NCBI GenBank assembly: GCA_026991575.1
Contig: JALXBF010000188.1
Location: forward strand, 1-33,312
Direction of reading: 5' to 3'
Length of the DNA: 33,312 nucleotides
From: Planctomycetota bacterium
Lineage (GTDB): Bacteria; Planctomycetota; Planctomycetia; JALXBF01
A program made the position numbers and the translations under genes. Every line of letters begins with the position of its first letter. Positions within the stretch are counted from its first letter, which is position 1. Under the pieces are notes generated by a model. The model was not told the DNA's origin. It saw only the letters and a program-made list of their open reading frames with translations, and made no database searches. This document shows, in pieces, positions 26,823 through 33,312 of the stretch.

Positions 26823-28373
26823 ATGGTCCAACTACCGAGGCAAGAACCGGCAGCATCAAGATCGCGCATCGGGCTCGCGCAGCTGCGTGCCCTGGGCAGG
26901 TTCTTCTACTTTGCAGCCCAAGAGTTCTCGCGCATCCGTGGCTTCGAGAAAGCGTCGGCCCTGGGCTACCAGACCGTCTTCTCCCTCATCCCCGCGATGG
27001 TGCTGTTCCTGAGCGTACTCCAGATCTTTGGCACTCTGGAGGGCCTGAGCGACGACATCACGCGCTTCATTATGCACCAGCTGAACCTTGATCGCATCGA
27101 GGTTCGGGTGTCGGCGGAGGCGGCGCCGGAGAACGACGCCCGGGAAAAGTCGTCGCCCGCCGCTTCCCCCCGTGACGCCAACCGGCCCGGCCAGGCTCAG
27201 CCTGCGACCATCCCAGCAGGCAAGACCGGCACCCCCCAGCAACCATCGCCGTCACCAGGAGCAGACGCTGCAGGCGGCTCCCCGATGACTCATCCGATCT
27301 CCGTTCGGCTTAGCGACCAGGTGAACCGCTTGGTCAGCGAGCTTATGCAGAAAATCCGCTCACGCAGCGTCAACGTCATTTCCCTGCTCTGGTTTGTGGC
27401 CGCCGCCATGTCGCTGGCCATCACGCTAGAGACCGCGCTGAATGACGTCTGGGGCGCCACCAGCCACCGAGCATGGGTCCATCGCTTCGTCGTTTACTGG
27501 ACCGTGCTGACCCTCGGTCCCCTGCTGATCGGTCTGCCCGTCAGTCTGGCTCGTCGTGCGGAGATCCCGCTGGAAGGGCTGGCGGTGTCGGCCCTCAGTT
27601 CGACGGTCGCGTTTTTCCTCATTTACTACTGGGTGCCCGTTGCCCCGGTCCGACCCTGGTGTGCGCTGCTCGGCGCCGCCTGCGCGACGACTGCCTGGGA
27701 AATGGCCAAGTACCTGTTCGGACTGTACCTGGAACACGCCGTGGGCTACGGGCGGATCTACGGCAATCTGGGCCTGCTGCCGCTGACGCTGTTCTGGCTC
27801 TGGATCTCGTGGATCATCGTGCTGGGCGGTGCTGCCATTGCGTACACGGCCCAGAATCGCTCGCGGCTGGAAGCCGCAGCTCGGGGCCTGCTGACCCAGG
27901 CCAACCTGAACGTTGGCTGGGTACTGCTGGCCCTGATCCTGCGCCTTGCGCGCGCGTTCCGCTCCGGAGAAGGTCCGGTCTCTGCGGAACGGCTGGCTAC
28001 GGCCAGCGGACTGCCTGATCGCGACTGGCTCCAGCTGGTGGCATTGCTTCAGAAGAAAGGCATCGTCGTCACCGTCGGCACGCAGGAAGAGGCCTTCCAC
28101 CTGGGCCGGGCTGCCGACGAGCTGTCGGTAGCCGAGCTGTTCGGCATGCTGGAACAGCAGCTCCCTCAGTACTTCGAGGAACAGTGGCCGGCAGAAGCCC
28201 CCAAGCTGCTATGGGTATTCAACAAGTGGCGAGCGGCCCGGGACGGCGCGCTGGGTGGCGTCACCATCGCGCAGCTACTGCGTCAGCCCCAGGAAGAGCC
28301 AGCCGTGACCGAACCACCGCCAACCTCATCGCGACTGCCCAGATGGCTTCGCCGGTGGCTGGGTAGCAGCTAG
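26823..28373 (+). CDS. YihY/BrkB family inner membrane protein with C-terminal Rrf2-like winged HTH
   Basis: ASALGYQTVFSLIP, E.ALNDVW, YW..LTLGP and IYG.LG.LP..L.WLW.SW.IVL.GA motifs. C-terminal SAERLA...LQKKGIV...FHLGR...LSVAEL. Confidence 0.88.
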   Translation: MVQLPRQEPAASRSRIGLAQLRALGRFFYFAAQEFSRIRGFEKASALGYQTVFSLIPAMVLFLSVLQIFGTLEGLSDDITRFIMHQLNLDRIEVRVSAEAAPENDAREKSSPAASPRDANRPGQAQPATIPAGKTGTPQQPSPSPGADAAGGSPMTHPISVRLSDQVNRLVSELMQKIRSRSVNVISLLWFVAAAMSLAITLETALNDVWGATSHRAWVHRFVVYWTVLTLGPLLIGLPVSLARRAEIPLEGLAVSALSSTVAFFLIYYWVPVAPVRPWCALLGAACATTAWEMAKYLFGLYLEHAVGYGRIYGNLGLLPLTLFWLWISWIIVLGGAAIAYTAQNRSRLEAAARGLLTQANLNVGWVLLALILRLARAFRSGEGPVSAERLATASGLPDRDWLQLVALLQKKGIVVTVGTQEEAFHLGRAADELSVAELFGMLEQQLPQYFEEQWPAEAPKLLWVFNKWRAARDGALGGVTIAQLLRQPQEEPAVTEPPPTSSRLPRWLRRWLGSS

Positions 28374-28862
28374 CAACGGCCTTCAGGCCTTAGCGTTCCC
28401 GCGCTGCTAGCCGCCGCGCATCCACAGCGAGCGGATGAGCCTGCGCCGGACCGCCTGCCCCAACGGCATTCGCCGACCTTGTGGCACGGATTCCCCGCGG
28501 ATCTGCCAACAGCCGACGCGTTCGCGCTCGTAGCAATCGCATGGGGGAAGACCAACACGCCTGCGGTCAAGCTCTGGCCAGGCCTGGCAGGATGGCCGCC
28601 ATGAGGCGTAGACCGAACGTAAGGCCATGCTTGCTGCTCCATTAGCGGAGCGACGGCGTTGCCGGCCCTGGCGCCGCTCGGCCGGTCCGTTCCCCCGTGA
28701 GCCGGACTGTACCCGGACGGCCGGCAAGCTACAATTTTGCGACAGTGAAGGCGAATGTCTCTTTGCAACGGCATTCCGCGGTCTGAAACAAACGGGCGCT
28801 CCTTCGAGACCTCCAAGTTAGACGCGAAAAGGACATCAGCTCGCTAACCCGAGGTCGCAGTC

Positions 28863-29579
28863 ATGCTCTGGTTCGACCCTGTTTATCTCCTGTTCGTGGC
28901 ACTACCGTTGATGCTGCTGTCGCTGCTGGCCAGCGCCTGGGTGCGCATGGCGTACGCGCAGGCGGCGCGTGTCCTGAACCGCAGGGGGATCACCGGGGCC
29001 CAGGCAGCCCGCATGATCCTGGAACGCGCAGGCCTGTTCGATGTGGCCATCGAAGAACACCACGGCTTCCTGTCGGACCATTACGACCCACGTGAACGTG
29101 TCGTACGGCTGTCCCCGGACGTTTACCATCGGCCCACGCTGGCAGCCGTGGGCATTGCAGCTCACGAAGTCGGTCACGCGCTCCAGCATGCTAGCGGATA
29201 TGCACCGCTCGTGATCCGCAATCTGGCTGTGCCGCTTGCGTCCATCGGCTCGAACCTCGGATACTTCGTGATCATGATCGGGCTGTTCATGTCCTTCGGC
29301 GGTGCACCGGTACTGAACGTCTTTACCGGCTTGGGGCTGTTGTTGATCGGTGCTGTGGCGTTCTTCCAGATTGTGAACCTGCCGGTTGAAATCAACGCCA
29401 GCACGCGAGCCTTGAGGCTGCTGACCGACATGGGCATCGTTGACTACGACGAGCTGCCCACGGTGCGCAGCGTGCTGACGGCCGCCGCATTCACCTACGT
29501 TGCCGCCACGGCCGCCGCGCTGCTGGAGCTTTTCTACTGGCTCTGGCGGCTGGGCTTGATCGGCGGGCGAGACGAGTAG
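28863..29579 (+). CDS. Membrane-bound neutral zinc metallopeptidase (YugP/Zn_peptidase_2 type)
   Basis: LSDHYDP, AAHEVGHALQH, LPVE.NAS.RAL and VL.AAA.TYVA motifs. GAGGT RBS. Confidence 0.92.
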   Translation: MLWFDPVYLLFVALPLMLLSLLASAWVRMAYAQAARVLNRRGITGAQAARMILERAGLFDVAIEEHHGFLSDHYDPRERVVRLSPDVYHRPTLAAVGIAAHEVGHALQHASGYAPLVIRNLAVPLASIGSNLGYFVIMIGLFMSFGGAPVLNVFTGLGLLLIGAVAFFQIVNLPVEINASTRALRLLTDMGIVDYDELPTVRSVLTAAAFTYVAATAAALLELFYWLWRLGLIGGRDE

Positions 29580-29835
29580 GACGCGATGGTGGGCGCAGTC
29601 GGCTGCAGAGTGTCTCGGTGGCGTTGCGGCTCCGGGGCAAGCTGATCCGCTCTGCGGGTTGGTAGCCATAGAGGCGCTTCGGGGACCCTGGGCGGTCAGC
29701 CGGTTGCATTCGGCGAGCTGGCGGCCGCGTCCGTTGCCGGAGTCTGTGTCGGTGCGGATGGGGTCTGGCCCTTGGGCCGTCGATCTGCCTGTTGGCTGCT
29801 AGCTCATGCGGCGAACCCTCTGCAGTGGGCAACGA

Positions 29836-31239
29836 TCACCGCCCCAGCCAGCGGTAAACATCAGCCACCGCCCGATGCTCGTTGGCCAATTCGCGGTAGT
29901 AGCGCACCTCTTGATCGATCAGCTGTCGCCAGAGCTGGATGTACTGTTCGAAGTCGATCCGATTGACGCGGTAGGCAACGCGCGCCAGATCGATACTTTC
30001 GCGCAGTCGCGGGAGGATGTCGTCTTCGATACGCTCGCGTTGGTCCCGGGCAGCCCGCAGGCGGGCGTAGGCAGCGGTCAGGTTGGCAGTGACGGTCTGT
30101 TCCGCGCTGGTGACGAGCCGAGCGGCCCGCACCGCTTCGGCACGCGTCTCGATCCGGGCGGCCTCAATTCGCTCTGTGTAAATCGGCAAGTTGACACCGA
30201 TCGTCACCGCCACGGCGTCGCGGCCGTTGGCCACAGGGCTGATCCCAGACGAACTGATCGCCGACCACTGGGTTCCTAGCGTCAGGTCCGGAACGTAACC
30301 CAAGTCGGCGACACGGATGCGGTGTTGCCAGAGGTCAACCACGTAGCGGGCGGCCCGCACCAGCGGGTGCGATTCGACCGCCTGGGCTAGGGCCTCCTGT
30401 AGCTCCGGCACCTCATAGTCTGGCAGCTGCTTGACGGTTGTTATCGAGCGGTTCGCGGGTAGGTTGAGCACGGCCAAGAGCCTCGCCTCGGCCCCTTCCC
30501 GCGACTCTTGCAGAAGCACGATCCGATTACGGAGGTCTTCAAGTGCAACCTCGGCTTCGTAAAGCGTCTCGAGCCCGACTTGGTTCTGACGCACCTTCTC
30601 GCGGACGTCCGGAATCAGTTGGCTGGCGATGAGTCGCTCCAGCGACCGGAGCGCTTCGACCGAGCGGTCGTAGAAGAAGAGGTCCAGGTACAGCGTTTTC
30701 GTCTGCTGTTCAACCTGCAGGCGGGTATCGACGTAGCGTGCCGCGAGTGCGGCAGCCCGGGCTGCTTCGGCGTTGCCTTGTTCGACAAGCTTTTCAAACC
30801 AAGGGAAACGCTGCGTCAGCGAGAGCACGAGCTCTTGCTGGCCCGCGGCTGTTTGGATCTCCTCCAGGAACGCGTTGATGGTCAGTTGTGGGTCTGGCAA
30901 CGAGGAGACCTGCGGGATCCGCTGTAGGGCCGCTTCGACTTCCGCCCGCGCGGCGAGGAGCTCGGGGTTCCGTTCGACGGCGATGCGCACGGCCTCGTCC
31001 ATTGGCAGCGGATCCGGCAGGCCGGGCTCGGGGCCTTCTTGCGGCAGCTCGGGCACGAGCTGCGCTGCAGCCTGCACCGTGTTCCGGTCCGGTTCGACGT
31101 GAACCAGCGTGGGACCCTCCTTGCCGGGACGGGCAGTCAGCGACGGGCTGTGCACCAGACTGCTGCAGCCGGCGGTGAACACCAGCAGTGCCAGCGCCGA
31201 AACAGCGGGGCTTGACAGGTTGTGTGACCAGCAGAGCAT
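29836..31239 (-). CDS. TolC/outer membrane efflux protein, probable lipoprotein
   Basis: Two OEP repeats (A...NPEL.AA..., LPDP.L; A...HP.V.AA..., YVPDL.LG; GVNLPIY). Lipobox-like FTAGC after ATG 31239. Confidence 0.85.
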   Translation of the reverse strand: MLCWSHNLSSPAVSALALLVFTAGCSSLVHSPSLTARPGKEGPTLVHVEPDRNTVQAAAQLVPELPQEGPEPGLPDPLPMDEAVRIAVERNPELLAARAEVEAALQRIPQVSSLPDPQLTINAFLEEIQTAAGQQELVLSLTQRFPWFEKLVEQGNAEAARAAALAARYVDTRLQVEQQTKTLYLDLFFYDRSVEALRSLERLIASQLIPDVREKVRQNQVGLETLYEAEVALEDLRNRIVLLQESREGAEARLLAVLNLPANRSITTVKQLPDYEVPELQEALAQAVESHPLVRAARYVVDLWQHRIRVADLGYVPDLTLGTQWSAISSSGISPVANGRDAVAVTIGVNLPIYTERIEAARIETRAEAVRAARLVTSAEQTVTANLTAAYARLRAARDQRERIEDDILPRLRESIDLARVAYRVNRIDFEQYIQLWRQLIDQEVRYYRELANEHRAVADVYRWLGR

Positions 31240-31389
31240 GCGTATTACCCCCGGGCAACTTCCAGTTCTACCGCTGGTATCGGCACGACGATCGGAGCGG
31301 CTCAAATCGTTGTGTGGCTGCAAGGACCGCCGCGCGGCGGCACGGGGGTGGTCGGAAGTTGTTGGCGGCCGTTCCGGGGGAACGGTTAT

Positions 31390-31418
31390 CTGACCGGTTG
31401 AAGGACCGCGAGTAGAAT
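31390..31418 (+). promoter_or_regulatory. Putative sigma70 promoter for the HNH gene
   Basis: CTGACC (31390-31395), N17, TAGAAT (31413-31418). Confidence 0.4.
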
Positions 31419-31471
31419 GTTGGTGAAGGCGCTGGGTGCGCCGCGTTGCCAGCACGGGCAGGAGCAGATTG

Positions 31472-32104
31472 ATGCGGCGAAGTGGCCAGTCGGCCCTTGA
31501 AACAAGTGTGCTCGTGCTGAACCGCCTGTTCGTCGTCGTTCACATCATTCCGGCACGACGGGCGTTCGGCCTTCTGTACAAGGACCTCGCCGAGGTGATC
31601 GACGTCGAGGACGGGGGTTTTGCGTCGTACGACTTCGATGGCTGGATTGAGCTGAGCCAGTTACGGCGGTTGGAGAAGAAGCCGGATGACGATTGGATAC
31701 GCACCGTAAGGTGCGAAGTGCAGGTACCTCGCGTGATCCGGCTGTTGACCTACGACCGCGTGCCAAAGGATGGTGTCAAGTTCAACCGAAGGAATATTCT
31801 TGCCCGAGATCATTTCCGCTGTCAGTACTGCGGCAAGCAATTCTCCGCCCACCAGCTCACGCTTGACCACGTCGTGCCGCGTAGCCGCGGGGGGCGCACC
31901 ACGTGGGAGAACGTGGTCACCGCGTGCGTGCACTGTAATCTGCGCAAAGGGGACCGGACACCGTCAGAAGCGGGGATGAAGCTCCTGAAGCCGCCGCGGC
32001 GGCCCGATCGCAACCCGGTCCTTCAGTTGAAGCTGCGCAACGTCAAGTATCAGTCCTGGCGGATGTTTCTGCCTTCCACCGGCAACGGTGATGGTAGGGA
32101 CTGA
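31472..32104 (+). CDS. HNH endonuclease family protein (McrA-like, Zn-binding)
   Basis: VLVLN N-terminus, RDHFRCQYCG, TLDHVVPRSRGG and WENVVTACVHCNLRKG. ATG 31472 with AGGAG RBS. Confidence 0.92.
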   Translation: MRRSGQSALETSVLVLNRLFVVVHIIPARRAFGLLYKDLAEVIDVEDGGFASYDFDGWIELSQLRRLEKKPDDDWIRTVRCEVQVPRVIRLLTYDRVPKDGVKFNRRNILARDHFRCQYCGKQFSAHQLTLDHVVPRSRGGRTTWENVVTACVHCNLRKGDRTPSEAGMKLLKPPRRPDRNPVLQLKLRNVKYQSWRMFLPSTGNGDGRD

Positions 32105-32171
32105 AGAGGCCTGTTGTCGTGCGCGTAGTCGAACCCAGTTCGTAGAAGACCACTGCCGCAACCCGACGGTA

Positions 32172-33125
32172 TTAGAGCTCCTCGATCTCCAGGCGGTGCT
32201 CCCGCAGGAACGCGTCGCATTCGGCCCGGGTGAACACGCCGGGTGTCGTACCTACGGCCCGAACGCAGCTGGCGCCTAGAGCGCTGGCGAGTTCCAGGCA
32301 GCCGCGTTCGTCTTTCCCGGCGATGATTCCTGCGATGTAGCCGGCGTCGAAGGCATCGCCGGCACCGGTGCCGTCGACAAATTCGACCGGGAACGCTCCG
32401 GCCCGCAGCCGGACGCGCTCGCTGATCAGCACCGCGCCGCGTCCTCCCATCGTGATCACCACGGTGCGGGCACCGCGGGCGCGAAAGAACTCGGCTTGAG
32501 CCACCGGATCGTCCAGGCCGGTCAGCAAGCGTGCTTCGTCGTTGTTGGGGAGGAAAACGTCGGTTTCGGCAAGCACCGGCTCAAGCTGCTTCAACAGGGC
32601 GTCCGTCTGTGCCGAGGCGGGCACCACGATGTCCAGGACCGTGACCGTTCCGTGCTGTCGGGCGTCGCGAAACAGTGCGGCGAGCTGGTCGGCTGCCAGG
32701 GAGGGCATGATCAGATAGCCACCCACGTACAAGACGCGCGCTTCGCGCACGGCGTCCGTTGGGATGTGTGCGACGCTGAAGGCAGCGTTCGCACCGAAGC
32801 AGTGTACGAACCGGCGGTCTTCACCGCGTACGTTGATGATCAGCGTCTGGCTGGTCGGCAGCTCGGGCACGACGGTCAGGTACTGGCTGGCCACGCCCCG
32901 TTCGCGTAGCGTCTCGCGCACGAACCGCCCGAACACGTCGTCACCAACGCAGCCGGCGACATCGCAGTGGACGTCCATCTTGGCCAGATCAATAGCGACG
33001 TTGCTGGCACAGCCGCCGATTTCCAGCACCAATTCATCGGCCATGACCAGCTCGCCAGCTGCCGGCACGTGATCGATCGGGGTCGACAGATGGTCGGCTA
33101 CTACAACGCCTGCACAGATAACCAT
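32172..33125 (-). CDS. PfkB/ribokinase family carbohydrate kinase
   Basis: GGCASNVA, GCVGDDVFG, PNNDEA and DGTGAGDAFDAG signature motifs. Confidence 0.93.
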   Translation of the reverse strand: MVICAGVVVADHLSTPIDHVPAAGELVMADELVLEIGGCASNVAIDLAKMDVHCDVAGCVGDDVFGRFVRETLRERGVASQYLTVVPELPTSQTLIINVRGEDRRFVHCFGANAAFSVAHIPTDAVREARVLYVGGYLIMPSLAADQLAALFRDARQHGTVTVLDIVVPASAQTDALLKQLEPVLAETDVFLPNNDEARLLTGLDDPVAQAEFFRARGARTVVITMGGRGAVLISERVRLRAGAFPVEFVDGTGAGDAFDAGYIAGIIAGKDERGCLELASALGASCVRAVGTTPGVFTRAECDAFLREHRLEIEEL

Positions 33126-33312
33126 CGCGATTGCCTCACCACACAGGCTCTCGACTCATCAGGGGCGACGGTTGCTCGTGGGCTGCTAGTGCCGTTTCAA
33201 GTTGAGAAGTTTCCCCTTCTTGGTGGTCGCTTGGGATCGGGGCGAGTCTGGTTCGCGCGTTGTCCGGTGCGGGGTTTGCCGCAGGCAATCGGCCGTTCGC
33301 CGTTATGCCATG

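Noticed and set aside
28482..28498. Sigma54-like TGGCAC
   Set aside because: No TTGC -12 element at the required spacing.
33136..33312. 3' end of an upstream minus-strand gene entering from the window edge
   Set aside because: Two different frames are open (stops at about 33136 and 33197) and neither has recognisable motifs. It cannot be resolved without flanking sequence.
1..33312. CRISPR array, IS/transposase, prophage, rRNA, cobalamin or FMN riboswitch near pduO/ribE
   Set aside because: No regularly spaced repeats, mobile-element proteins or riboswitch consensus motifs seen. The pduO leader lies mostly outside the window.

Overview
GC-rich bacterial chromosomal window, most likely Planctomycetota, judged from two DUF1549/DUF1553 + DUF1501 modules, a planctomycete cytochrome c domain and a eukaryote-like Ser/Thr kinase and PP2C phosphatase. 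I support 23 CDSs and one tRNA-Ser(CGA). I saw no integrase, transposase, CRISPR array or rRNA. Left to right: PduO-type corrinoid adenosyltransferase, purine nucleoside phosphorylase and an exported SBBP beta-propeller (+); a ~14 kb minus-strand block of uncharacterised envelope genes (cytochrome c/WD40/DUF1549/DUF1553, DUF1501, then DUF1549/DUF1553, DUF1501, PPC-domain protein, ArsR); a minus-strand run ribE-rsmA-tadA-MFS-kinase-dksA-tRNA-Ser; a GT-C glycosyltransferase overlapping uppP tail-to-tail; PP2C divergent from yihY; a Zn peptidase, an orphan TolC-type protein, an HNH protein and a PfkB kinase. The most notable signal is regulatory. The second DUF1549/DUF1501/PPC module has a near-consensus sigma70 promoter (TTGACA-N18-TAGGAT) with an ArsR-type palindrome over the predicted start site, and the same gene run ends in a Cys-tailed ArsR with a related site upstream. 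This suggests an inducible metal- or thiol-responsive periplasmic heme-protein system. Domain calls come from motif recognition by eye, not database searches. Several starts were shortened from the ORF track using RBS position and family-typical N-termini.
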